A stretch of 64,000 bases of DNA from Bacilli bacterium (GTDB lineage: Bacteria; Bacillota_I; Bacilli_A; RFN20; CAG-826), in the NCBI GenBank assembly GCA_045597865.1, contig JAZLKX010000025.1, positions 1 to 64,000 of the forward strand. Reading direction: 5' to 3'. Positions 9,874-20,380 of this stretch are shown here, in pieces. Position numbers and translations under genes: made by a program. The notes below the pieces were generated by a model. It made no database searches and was not told the DNA's origin. It saw only the letters and a program-made list of their open reading frames with translations. Positions within the stretch are counted from its first letter, which is position 1. Each line of letters starts with the position of its first letter.

Positions 9874-10097
9874 CAGATATCGGTTTAAAAGCCATTGCTG
9901 CTGCTATTGCAATTTTTGGTGCAGGCGCATCATCAATTGGTGAAGGTTTACTTGTTACAAAAGCTATTGATGGTATGGCAAGAAATCCAGAAATGTACGG
10001 TAAACTACGTTCAAGCATGATTATCGGTGCTGCTCTTGTTGAAACATGTGGTATTTACGCACTCTTAGTCGCAATTTTAATTATCTTTGTTATGTAA
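9870..10097 (+). CDS. atpE: F0F1 ATP synthase subunit c
   Basis: ARNPE loop; ALVETCGIY carboxylate helix. Confidence 0.96.
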   Translation: MTDIGLKAIAAAIAIFGAGASSIGEGLLVTKAIDGMARNPEMYGKLRSSMIIGAALVETCGIYALLVAILIIFVM

Positions 10098-10110
10098 TGG
10101 AGGATTGTTA

Positions 10111-10686
10111 ATGAAAAAGACTTTAAAATTTCTTCCATTACTTGGGGCACCAATGGTGTTATCAAGTTGTGGTATGGAAAAAGAAGACTTTTTAGATAAG
10201 TTATTCCCAAATCCTTGGGATGCTTTAGCAGTGTTCCTCGCTTTTATTATTCTTCTTATTGCTGTGTTCTTCTTCGCATATAAACCAGTTAAGAAACTTC
10301 TTAAAAAGCGTGGGGATTATGTTGAAGATAAAATTAAGTCTGCTGAAAGCAAGGAGCAAGAAGCTTCTAAACTTTTAAGCGACGCAAAGGAAGAAGTCAA
10401 AGCAAAGAAGATAGAAGCAATGGGAATTGTTGAAAAAGCGAAAGAAGACGCTAACAAAGAACGACAAGCAATTCTCGACAAAGCAAAAGAAGAAAGACAA
10501 GCCGAAGTCAAAAAGGCAAAAGAAGAAATTGCTCAAGAAATTGAAGCAAGCAAAGATGAGATCCATCGCGAAATTGTTTCAGTCGCGATTGATGCCTCAA
10601 GTAAAGTTCTTGAAAGAGAAGTTACTAAAAAAGACAACGAAAAACTTATTGATAGTTTCATCGATGATTTAAAGGAAGGTAAGTAA
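10111..10686 (+). CDS. atpF: F0F1 ATP synthase subunit b with lipoprotein signal peptide
   Basis: GGAGG SD then ATG 10111; MKKTLKFLPLLGAPMVLSSC lipobox, TM helix, YKPVKKLLKKR, long coiled coil. Confidence 0.92.
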   Translation: MKKTLKFLPLLGAPMVLSSCGMEKEDFLDKLFPNPWDALAVFLAFIILLIAVFFFAYKPVKKLLKKRGDYVEDKIKSAESKEQEASKLLSDAKEEVKAKKIEAMGIVEKAKEDANKERQAILDKAKEERQAEVKKAKEEIAQEIEASKDEIHREIVSVAIDASSKVLEREVTKKDNEKLIDSFIDDLKEGK

Positions 10687-11228
10687 TGGAAGAAGTTGCT
10701 AGTAGATATGCTGCAGCGATTGTAAGCATTGCAAAAGATGAAAATAAGCTCGAGCAATACAAGCTTGCAATTTTAGAGGTGGAAGCATTATTCGAAAGCA
10801 ATCCTGAATTACTAAAATTCTTAAAATCATATTTTGTCAAAACAAGTGAAAAATATTCGGTAATTGAAGGGATTTTAAGCAAATATCGCCTGGAAAACCT
10901 CAATAACTTTATTAAATTACTTGTAGAGAAACATCAAATTCATAACTACAAAAACATCGTAAAAGAAGTAACAAAAGGTATTAACTTTGAGCTCGATATT
11001 TACGAAGGATTTGTTTACTCAACTGAACCTCTAACTGATGATAAAGTAAAAGAAATTGCAGATGCTATTTCTAAAAAACTTAATCGTAAAGTTGAACTAA
11101 AAAACAAAATCGATTCCAGACTAATCGGTGGCGTTAAAGTAGTGGTTCATGATCACGTTTTTGATGGTTCACTCAAATACAAACTTGAAACATTGAAAGA
11201 AAATTTAAAAGAAAGGAGAAACGGCTAA
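10686..11228 (+). CDS. atpH: F0F1 ATP synthase subunit delta
   Basis: [15 protein letters not shown]...DGSL; operon position. Confidence 0.94.
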   Translation: MEEVASRYAAAIVSIAKDENKLEQYKLAILEVEALFESNPELLKFLKSYFVKTSEKYSVIEGILSKYRLENLNNFIKLLVEKHQIHNYKNIVKEVTKGINFELDIYEGFVYSTEPLTDDKVKEIADAISKKLNRKVELKNKIDSRLIGGVKVVVHDHVFDGSLKYKLETLKENLKERRNG

Positions 11229-12733
11229 TGAACATTAAAACTTCAGAAATTTCTGCTTTAATTAAAAAGCAAATTACAGATTTTTCTAGCAAGGTTGATT
11301 CTAACGATGTTGGCACCGTTATTACCGTAGGTGATGGTGTTGCTTTGGTTTATGGTCTTGATAAAGCAATGCTAGGTGAACTAGTAGAATTCCCAAATTC
11401 CATTTTTGGAATGGTTATGAACCTTGAAGAAGAAAACGTTGGCTGCGTCTTACTTGGAAACGACACCGAAATTAAAGAAGGTGACGTTGTTAGACGTACC
11501 AAAAGAGTTGTAGAAGTTCCTGTTGGCGATGCTCTTCTTGGAAGAGTAGTCAATGCTTTAGGTCAGCCACTTGATGGTCTTGGTGAAGTTAAAACCAAAG
11601 GTCATCGACCAGTTGAACGTATTGCACCGGGTGTTATTTATAGAAAATCGGTCGATACGCCTCTTCAAACTGGAATTAAGGCTATCGACGCAATGATACC
11701 TATTGGTAGAGGCCAAAGAGAACTTATCATTGGTGATAGACAAACAGGTAAAACTGCTATCGCTATTGATACAATCATTAACCAAAAGGATCAGAACGTA
11801 AATTGTATCTACGTTGCAATTGGTCAAAAGAATTCAACAGTTGCATCTATCGTAGATAAGTTACGTAAAGCTGATGCAATGAAATACACAACTGTCGTAT
11901 CTGCGACAGCAAGTGAACTTGCTCCGCTTCTTTACCTTGCACCTTATTCAGGCATGGCAATGGCAGAAGAATGGTTAGAGCAAGGTAAAGATACTTTAAT
12001 CATCTTTGATGATTTAAGTAAACACGCAGTTGCTTACCGTACACTTTCGCTCTTACTTAAGAGACCAAGTGGACGTGAAGCTTACCCAGGAGATGTCTTC
12101 TATTTACATTCAAGACTTCTCGAGCGCGCATGTAAATTAAATGAAGCAAATGGTGGTGGAAGCATTACTGCTTTACCGATCATTGAAACACAAGCTGGTG
12201 ATATTTCGGCTTATATTCCAACAAACGTCATTTCTATTACAGATGGACAAATCTTCCTTATGACTGATTTATTCAATGCTGGTCAAAGACCTGCTATTGA
12301 TTCAGGTTTATCAGTCAGCCGTGTCGGAAGTGCTGCTCAACTTAAGGCAATGAAACAAGTTGCAGGTAGTTTAAAGATTGAACTTGCAAACTACCGTGAA
12401 CTTCAAGCATTTGCGCAATTTGGAAGTGACCTTGACGCTGATACAAAGAAGGTACTTACTCATGGTGCAGTTTTGATGGAAATCTTAAAACAAGCACAAT
12501 ATGATACCTACCCAGTTGATCGTCAAATTATTGAATTATTCGCTGCAAAACACAGATATCTTGAAGATTTAAAGACATCTGAAATCAAACCAGCACTCGA
12601 TAAACTTTACTCTCATATTTCCTCATCTCATAAAGAGATTATTAAAGAAATTTTGAGCAAGAAAGTTATCTCAGAAACTCTTGAAGCAAAACTTCATGAA
12701 GTTATTAAAGGATTCTTTGAAACACTAAAGTAA
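11228..12733 (+). CDS. atpA: F0F1 ATP synthase subunit alpha
   Basis: [26 protein letters not shown]. Confidence 0.98.
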   Translation: MNIKTSEISALIKKQITDFSSKVDSNDVGTVITVGDGVALVYGLDKAMLGELVEFPNSIFGMVMNLEEENVGCVLLGNDTEIKEGDVVRRTKRVVEVPVGDALLGRVVNALGQPLDGLGEVKTKGHRPVERIAPGVIYRKSVDTPLQTGIKAIDAMIPIGRGQRELIIGDRQTGKTAIAIDTIINQKDQNVNCIYVAIGQKNSTVASIVDKLRKADAMKYTTVVSATASELAPLLYLAPYSGMAMAEEWLEQGKDTLIIFDDLSKHAVAYRTLSLLLKRPSGREAYPGDVFYLHSRLLERACKLNEANGGGSITALPIIETQAGDISAYIPTNVISITDGQIFLMTDLFNAGQRPAIDSGLSVSRVGSAAQLKAMKQVAGSLKIELANYRELQAFAQFGSDLDADTKKVLTHGAVLMEILKQAQYDTYPVDRQIIELFAAKHRYLEDLKTSEIKPALDKLYSHISSSHKEIIKEILSKKVISETLEAKLHEVIKGFFETLK

Positions 12734-12734
12734 T

Positions 12735-13580
12735 ATGGCACAAGCATTAAATAAAACCAAAAGAAGAATCGCCTCAGTAAGTAACACTAAGAAAATTACT
12801 GAAGCCATGGAACTTGTTGCAACCGTTAAACTTAAAAAGTTTAGAAATGTAATGGAACGCAATCAGTTCTATGTAAAAGAAATGGAAAATGTTATCTTCC
12901 ATCTTTTTGGTGCACTTAATGCTAATGAAGAAATTCCTTACCTCCATGAAGGTAAAGGAGACAAAGATTTAGTGGTTGTCATTAATTCTAATTTAGGTTT
13001 ATGTGCATCATACAATTCAAATGTATTTAACTTTGTTAATAATAATATTTCAAAAGAAAATTCAATCATTTTGCCAATTGGTTTAAAGGGTGAACTTAAT
13101 TATAACAAAGAAGGATTTGAAGTTATTTCTGACTACGTCAGAATGAATGAAAAACTTGATTATGATGCAACCGCAAAACTAGGAAGACATTTACACTCAG
13201 AATTCTTAAAAGGAAAATATCGTTCAATTAAAGTTGTTTATACAAAGTATGTTAACTCCCTTCGCTTTGAACCAACTTTAATAACTTTATTCCCAATCGT
13301 AAATAAAGAAACAAAACCAGATATTGGATACGCACCAATCTACGATCCGAATGTTAAGACCTTGATCGAAGAGTTAGTTCCAATCTATCTAGTTTCATCT
13401 TTATATCAAAAACTTATCGAATCTCAAGTTAGTGAGCAAGCAAGTAGACGTACCGCAATGGAAAACGCTAATGATAATGCTGATGAACTTATAGATAAGT
13501 TAACAATCGAATATAACAAAGCAAGACAAGCTGCAATTACTCAAGAAATTCTTGAGGTTGTCGCTGGTCAGCAAAAATAA
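12735..13580 (+). CDS. atpG: F0F1 ATP synthase subunit gamma
   Basis: KITEAMELVA, GLCASYN, SEQASRRTAM, YNKARQAAITQEI. Confidence 0.97.
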   Translation: MAQALNKTKRRIASVSNTKKITEAMELVATVKLKKFRNVMERNQFYVKEMENVIFHLFGALNANEEIPYLHEGKGDKDLVVVINSNLGLCASYNSNVFNFVNNNISKENSIILPIGLKGELNYNKEGFEVISDYVRMNEKLDYDATAKLGRHLHSEFLKGKYRSIKVVYTKYVNSLRFEPTLITLFPIVNKETKPDIGYAPIYDPNVKTLIEELVPIYLVSSLYQKLIESQVSEQASRRTAMENANDNADELIDKLTIEYNKARQAAITQEILEVVAGQQK

Positions 13581-14989
<1,409 letters not shown>

Positions 14990-14990
<1 letters not shown>

Positions 14991-15388
14991 TGGAGTTTTC
15001 TTTAGAAATCATAACTCCTAGAGGAATCTACCTCGAGGAAAAGGTTACATCTTTAACCATTAAACTTAGTAGTGGTTATAGAACTTTTCTTGCTGGTCAT
15101 GCTCCATTAATTGGTTCTCTTGATTATGCTCCAGCCCATATTATTAAAAATGGCAAAACTGATTTCTACGCTGTTCATGGTGGTGCAATTAACGTAACAA
15201 AAGAAAAAGTTATTGTTATTTGTAATGCTATCGAACATGCAAAAGATATTGATGTTGCTAGAGCAAAAGCTTCTAAAGAAAGAGCTGAAGAAAGACTCAA
15301 ATCAAAAGATCCAAACACCGATATAAAAAGAGCAAGGTTGGCATTAGCCAGAGCACTCGCTCGATTGAAAGCTGTTGAATTAAAATAG
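14990..15388 (+). CDS. atpC: F0F1 ATP synthase subunit epsilon
   Basis: LEIITP, GHAPLI, IDVARA...RAEERL. Confidence 0.95.
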
Positions 15389-15414
15389 TTGCCGATTTGG
15401 CAACTATTTTTTTT
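15382..15414. terminator. Bidirectional terminator after the atp operon
   Basis: AAAATAGTTGCC-GATTT-GGCAACTATTTT followed by T-run. Confidence 0.88.
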
Positions 15415-16132
15415 ACAAATATTGGTTAATAATTTCTTCTGTTAAATTTTCTGCAATCAAATCCTTTTTTGCTATAGAAAAATTATTATTAATTATTGAT
15501 AAAGATTGAGACTCAAAATTGGAAGAAAATGCAACGTTATTTTGTGAAGAAATTGCCTCTTCTAAAATGTTGTTTTTGAATATATTATTTGAAACAAAAT
15601 CAACTTTCGTAAAATTGGAAAATATTGGGTTTTTTCCGGCGATTTCCCCACAAAAATACGAATATTTTGCTGTTTCATAACGTGAGTCCATGTGACGTTT
15701 AAAGACCCCATATGTCTTCATATAAGATGCATAATTTACTTCATAAAAATTAATTGAATTTTCTTTAACATAAATTTGAGGTGTCATAACATGGAAATTA
15801 GAGAAAAATTTAGTTTTTATTGGATCAATTAATTCATCAGTAATTGTGACAAGTAATTGATGTGTTTCTTTAACATACTTAGTAATGATTGGTTCGAACT
15901 GTTGACAAGCATAACAGCCAGCTTGTGAAAACATAACTAAAAAGTTCAAATTTGAGTTATATAAATTTTCAAATTCTTCTATTGTTGGTTTATAAAATAA
16001 ATGACTGTCATCAACTTCACCATACAATAAATAATCTGAGTTGGAAAGCAACTTCATTTTTAATGGTTTGCCACAACCAGAAAGTAATGCTGTGAATGTT
16101 AATAGTAGGGCACTTACTTTTTTGAATTTCAT
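15413..16132 (-). CDS. Putative lipoprotein with thioredoxin-like CxxC domain
   Basis: ATG 16132; MKFKKVSALLLTFTALLSGC lipobox; FLVMFSQAGCYACQQF and a later TP (cis-Pro-like) motif. Confidence 0.7.
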   Translation of the reverse strand: MKFKKVSALLLTFTALLSGCGKPLKMKLLSNSDYLLYGEVDDSHLFYKPTIEEFENLYNSNLNFLVMFSQAGCYACQQFEPIITKYVKETHQLLVTITDELIDPIKTKFFSNFHVMTPQIYVKENSINFYEVNYASYMKTYGVFKRHMDSRYETAKYSYFCGEIAGKNPIFSNFTKVDFVSNNIFKNNILEEAISSQNNVAFSSNFESQSLSIINNNFSIAKKDLIAENLTEEIINQYL

Positions 16133-16172
16133 GATTTGATTATAACACAAAACAATAATTAAATTATTTTTG

Positions 16173-16201
16173 TTGTAAAAAGCGCTTTCATTTTGTATAA
16201 T
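16173..16201 (+). promoter_or_regulatory. ppa sigma-A promoter with cre-like operator in the spacer
   Basis: TTGTAA(16173)-17 bp-TATAAT(16196); AAAAAGCGCTTTCA at 16177-16190 (rc TGAAAGCGCTTTTT, 12/14 cre). Confidence 0.7.
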
Positions 16202-16227
16202 CTTTCAGCGTTGGGAGGTAAATATTT

Positions 16228-16788
16228 ATGAATTTATGGCACCGTGTTAATCCAGCAGATATCACACCAGATCATTTCTTAGCTTGTATTGAAATTCCAC
16301 AAGGCTCTAAGAATAAATATGAATTAGATAAATATTCTGGTGCATTAAAACTAGATCGTATTCTTTATACATCAACTCACTATCCACATAACTATGGTTT
16401 TATTCCAAAAACATTAGCAGATGATGGTGACGCACTTGATGTTCTCGTTATTTCATCTGAACCAATTGTTCCACTCGCTTTAGTCGAATGCCGTCCAATT
16501 GGAATGCTTGAAATGATTGATGGTGGTCAAAGAGACGCAAAGATTCTTGCAGTCGCAGTTAACGATCCAACATATCAAAATATTACAGATGTTGGTGAAA
16601 TTCCAGACCACTCACTTCGTGAAATCAAACACTTCTTCACAGTTTACAAACAACTAGAAGGAAAGAACACAATCGTTGATAACGTTAGAAGCCCAGAAAA
16701 GGCAAAACAAGTTATCAAATCTTGTATTGAAGCTTATCTCGAAAAGTTTGGTGAAGATCCAGTTCTCGAATACAGAAAAGCTGAATAA
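16228..16788 (+). CDS. ppa: Family I soluble inorganic pyrophosphatase
   Basis: IEIPQGSKNKYE, YPHNYGFIP, DGDALDV motif. Confidence 0.96.
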   Translation: MNLWHRVNPADITPDHFLACIEIPQGSKNKYELDKYSGALKLDRILYTSTHYPHNYGFIPKTLADDGDALDVLVISSEPIVPLALVECRPIGMLEMIDGGQRDAKILAVAVNDPTYQNITDVGEIPDHSLREIKHFFTVYKQLEGKNTIVDNVRSPEKAKQVIKSCIEAYLEKFGEDPVLEYRKAE

Positions 16789-16790
16789 CA

Positions 16791-16822
16791 AATAAGGGAA
16801 GTTATATCTTCCCTTTTATTTT
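16791..16822 (+). terminator. Terminator after ppa
   Basis: AAGGGAAG-TTATAT-CTTCCCTT followed by TTATTTT. Confidence 0.8.
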
Positions 16823-16847
16823 AGTTTGTTGTAGAATTTTACTCGTT

Positions 16848-17348
16848 ATGATTCATATTATTTTGTATCATCCAGAAATCCCTCAAAATACCGGAAATAT
16901 CTTAAGGACTGCAATGGCAACAAATTCTTTTGTTCACATCATTGGTCCAATCCCTTTTGACATCTCCGATAAAGCTCTTCAACGAGCGGGAATGGACTAC
17001 ATAAAAGATGCAAAATTTGATTACTATAATTCCTATGAAGAGTTCCAAGAGAGTTTCAAAGATAAGAAAATTTACTATGTAACTAAGTATGGAGCGAACG
17101 TCTATTCCCAAGTAGATTTGTCAGATAAGACCGAAGATGTTTATGTCATGTTTGGTAGGGAATCGACAGGGATTGATAAGGAAATCTTGAGTGCTCACAA
17201 AGACACAACATTACGCATCCCAATGATGTCCACAGCAAGGTCACTAAATCTCTCAAATTCAGTAGCAATTGTTGTCTATGAAATACTGAGACAAAAAGGG
17301 TTCCCTGGATTAGCAAGTTTCGATATGATTAAAAAGTACACAATCTGA
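16848..17348 (+). CDS. trmL: tRNA (cytidine34/uridine34-2'-O)-methyltransferase (SpoU family)
   Basis: PEIPQNTGNI.RT, RAGMDY, FGRESTG, RSLNLSN. Confidence 0.94.
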   Translation: MIHIILYHPEIPQNTGNILRTAMATNSFVHIIGPIPFDISDKALQRAGMDYIKDAKFDYYNSYEEFQESFKDKKIYYVTKYGANVYSQVDLSDKTEDVYVMFGRESTGIDKEILSAHKDTTLRIPMMSTARSLNLSNSVAIVVYEILRQKGFPGLASFDMIKKYTI

Positions 17349-17377
17349 GTAAAAACCTCAAAATTGTGTATTTTTTT
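17331..17377 (+). terminator. Probable terminator after trmL
   Basis: TACACAAT..TGAG / CTCA..ATTGTGTA imperfect stem followed by T-run. Confidence 0.6.
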
Positions 17378-17432
17378 ATAATACTTTTTCAAAAAAATGA
17401 TTTATCAATTTTTTGGTTATGTTCATTATTGA

Positions 17433-17461
17433 TTGAAAGTAATTTTTCTTTTTAATATAAT
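17433..17461 (+). promoter_or_regulatory. Sigma-A promoter of gmk operon (leaderless architecture)
   Basis: TTGAAA-17-TATAAT, ATG 6 nt downstream, no SD. Confidence 0.75.
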
Positions 17462-17467
17462 TAAAGC

Positions 17468-18040
17468 ATGGAAAATTTAAACAAGAAGGGCTTATTACTT
17501 ATCATGTCTGGCCCAAGCGGAGTTGGAAAAGGCACAATTCGCGAAAAATTAATGGAAGATAAAAGCCTTAATCTTTTTTATTCTGTCTCAATGACAACCC
17601 GTAACATGAGACCAGGTGAAGTAGATGGTCGTGAATACTATTTCGTTTCAAAAGATGAATTCAAGAAAAATATTGAAAGTGGCAACCTTTTAGAGTGGGC
17701 TGAGTACGTTGGAAACTTCTATGGAACACCTAAAGATAAAGTTGAAAACATGAGAAAAGATGGCAAAAACGTCTTACTTGAAATTGATGTTAAAGGAACC
17801 GCAAATGTTCTTTCTAAAGTCGATGATGTTATTTCAATCTTTATTGCACCTCCTTCATTTGAAGAACTTGCCAATAGACTTAGAGGACGCGGAACTGAAA
17901 CTGAAGAAGTTATCAATAACCGTGTTGAAACTGCTAGAAAAGAACTTGCTTTCCAATCTCAATATAAATATGTTGTCATTAATGACAAACTTGAAGATGC
18001 AGTTGATGAAATTAGGAAAATTATAAAGGAGAATTTATGA
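17468..18040 (+). CDS. gmk: Guanylate kinase
   Basis: SGPSGVGKGT, SVSMTTR..RPGEVDG..YYF, YGTP. Confidence 0.97.
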   Translation: MENLNKKGLLLIMSGPSGVGKGTIREKLMEDKSLNLFYSVSMTTRNMRPGEVDGREYYFVSKDEFKKNIESGNLLEWAEYVGNFYGTPKDKVENMRKDGKNVLLEIDVKGTANVLSKVDDVISIFIAPPSFEELANRLRGRGTETEEVINNRVETARKELAFQSQYKYVVINDKLEDAVDEIRKIIKENL

Positions 18041-18591
18041 TTACAATTACAATTTATGGATTAGATCAATTTACAGTTGGTCATTACTCTAGAGAACATA
18101 CAGCAAACTTAGCTCAACTTTTTGAGACTAAGGAAGAAAACATTTCTTTCTATTCTCCAAATGCTTATGTTTTTCATAACGGAGTAGAACAAACTTCTTG
18201 GAACGCAATTGTTAAAGTAAATGCTCCAGAAAAGTTTGAAGTTTTAGAAGAAAAAGTAGCAAAATACTTAATTGAAACTCTAAAAGAGTTCTCAATCAAT
18301 TTAAGTGTTGAATTCTATTATTACCATTCACATCATAGATACGAACACATTAACAAAGAATATCCAAGATTCATTACTGACGACAACTTAGTTAATGTTG
18401 AAGATTCTGATGAAGATGAACTTTATGAAGGAAATATCTTTGAAGGAATGGAAGAAAAATTAGAAGCAGCTTATGCTGAAAAAGAAGCACACGAATGTCA
18501 TTGTGATGATGATTGTGAATGTGATTGTGAAGACGAGGAATGCGAATGTGGTGAACACGAATGTCATTGTGGACACCATCACAATAACTAA
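18037..18591 (+). CDS. DUF1904-like (tautomerase-fold) protein with Cys/His/acidic C-terminal tail
   Basis: Overlaps gmk stop (ATGA); N-terminal ~105 aa resemble the DUF1904 pattern; tail HECHCDDDCECDCEDEECECGEHECHCGHHH. Confidence 0.6.
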   Translation: MITITIYGLDQFTVGHYSREHTANLAQLFETKEENISFYSPNAYVFHNGVEQTSWNAIVKVNAPEKFEVLEEKVAKYLIETLKEFSINLSVEFYYYHSHHRYEHINKEYPRFITDDNLVNVEDSDEDELYEGNIFEGMEEKLEAAYAEKEAHECHCDDDCECDCEDEECECGEHECHCGHHHNN

Positions 18592-18597
18592 AGTTAT

Positions 18598-19641
18598 ATG
18601 ATTAATTTATACGGTCAAGAAATAACCAAATTAGAAAAGTTATTAATGGACCGTGGCCAAAAGAAATATCGTGCCACGCAGCTTTTCACGTGGATTTATG
18701 AGAAAAAAGCTAAGACTTTTGATGAAATGAGCGATGTTTCCAAGGCATTTAGAGAAGAATTAAACCGTGATTTTTGTCTCACTCTTCCAACCATCTATAA
18801 GAAACAAGTTTCTAAAGATGGAACAATAAAGTTATTGTTAGAGTTAGAAGATGGATCAAAAATCGAGACAGCACTTATGCCATATAATTATGGCAATGCT
18901 GTATGTGTTACATCCCAAGTTGGTTGTAACATGGGTTGTGTTTTCTGTGCATCTGGTCTTCTTAAGAAGAAAAGAAATCTTGAAGTACATGAAATTGTTG
19001 GACAAGTTTTAGTTATGAATTCTCTTTTAGAAGAGAAAGGCGAACATGTTTCACATATTGTTGTTATGGGAACTGGTGAACCATTTGATAACTATGAAAA
19101 TGTCATGGACTTTATTAGAATTGTTAACCATCCAAAAGCACTAGCGATAGGCGCACGCCACATAAGCGTTTCTACATGCGGACTTGTTCCAGGCATTATG
19201 AAATACGCACATGAAGGTTTACAAACAAATCTTGCAATTTCTTTGCATGCACCAAATGATGAAATTAGAAATAAACTTATGCCAGTTTCAAGAGCTTATC
19301 CTATGGATAAACTTATGGAAGCTGTTAAATATTATGAAGCTACTGCAGGTAGAAGAGTCACATTCGAGTACATTATGCTTGAAGGCATTAATGATACTTT
19401 AGAATGTGCCAAAGAATTAGTTGACTTAGTAAAAGGAACTTTAGCCTACGTCAACTTAATTCCTTACAACCCTGTAGATGAACATGACTTCAAAAGAAGT
19501 AATGATAAAAATGTTCACAAATTCTTTTCTTATTTAATGCAACATGGTGTTAACACCACAGTTAGAAAAGAATTTGGAAATGATATTGATGCCGCATGTG
19601 GTCAATTAAGAGCAAAGGAAATGAAGAAAAATGGAGATTAA
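18598..19641 (+). CDS. rlmN: 23S rRNA A2503/tRNA A37 C2-methyltransferase (radical SAM)
   Basis: SQVGCNMGCVFCASG, MGTGEP, DAACGQL. Confidence 0.96.
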   Translation: MINLYGQEITKLEKLLMDRGQKKYRATQLFTWIYEKKAKTFDEMSDVSKAFREELNRDFCLTLPTIYKKQVSKDGTIKLLLELEDGSKIETALMPYNYGNAVCVTSQVGCNMGCVFCASGLLKKKRNLEVHEIVGQVLVMNSLLEEKGEHVSHIVVMGTGEPFDNYENVMDFIRIVNHPKALAIGARHISVSTCGLVPGIMKYAHEGLQTNLAISLHAPNDEIRNKLMPVSRAYPMDKLMEAVKYYEATAGRRVTFEYIMLEGINDTLECAKELVDLVKGTLAYVNLIPYNPVDEHDFKRSNDKNVHKFFSYLMQHGVNTTVRKEFGNDIDAACGQLRAKEMKKNGD

Positions 19642-20380
19642 GGGTAGATTTGGATCTCATACTGATATTGGCTTAGTCAGAAAATCCAACGAAGACAAAG
19701 CCTTATCTTTAATGGACTCTCAACACAACGTTTTACTTTGTGTCTGTGATGGCATGGGCGGATACATGAAAGGTGATTTTGCTAGCAAAATCGCTGTTGA
19801 TGTTATCAATGCTGCTTTTAAGAGCCATATCAAATGGATTTTTGATTTCCAAATTAAAATGTGGATTTCAAAGGTTGTTAAATCCATCAACTATTCAGTT
19901 TATTCTGAATCACATGATTCTGAAAAATTTGCTGGTATGGGAACAACACTTTGTATGGCTATATTCTTTAAAAATAGAATCTTCATTGTGAACATCGGTG
20001 ACTCACGTTGTTACAAACTTGAAGGTGAAGAAATTGTTCAATTAACAAAAGACCAAACTTATGTCCAATACATGGTAAATAAAGGTGAAATTGATGAACA
20101 AGAAAAACTTACTTCAAAAGATAGACATGCATTGATGAATTTTATTGGTCATAACAAGGATGTTAACTACACCTTGGATGTTATTAAAAATGAAAGCAAA
20201 ACTATCTTACTTTGTTCAGATGGTTTATACAATAATGCAACTGATAAACAAATCTTCTCAGCACTTGATTCCAGTGAAAGATTAGATCAAAAAATTAACA
20301 CGCTCATTGGCATAGCCAATGCTAACGGTGGTTCAGACAATATTGCTATTTCAATGTGGGAGCCATACAAGCATGATTAA
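19631..20380 (+). CDS. prpC: PP2C-family Ser/Thr protein phosphatase (PrpC/Stp1)
   Basis: RKSNED, CDGMGG, GMGTT, NIGDSR, LCSDGL, GGSDNI. Confidence 0.93.
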   Translation: MEIKGRFGSHTDIGLVRKSNEDKALSLMDSQHNVLLCVCDGMGGYMKGDFASKIAVDVINAAFKSHIKWIFDFQIKMWISKVVKSINYSVYSESHDSEKFAGMGTTLCMAIFFKNRIFIVNIGDSRCYKLEGEEIVQLTKDQTYVQYMVNKGEIDEQEKLTSKDRHALMNFIGHNKDVNYTLDVIKNESKTILLCSDGLYNNATDKQIFSALDSSERLDQKINTLIGIANANGGSDNIAISMWEPYKHD

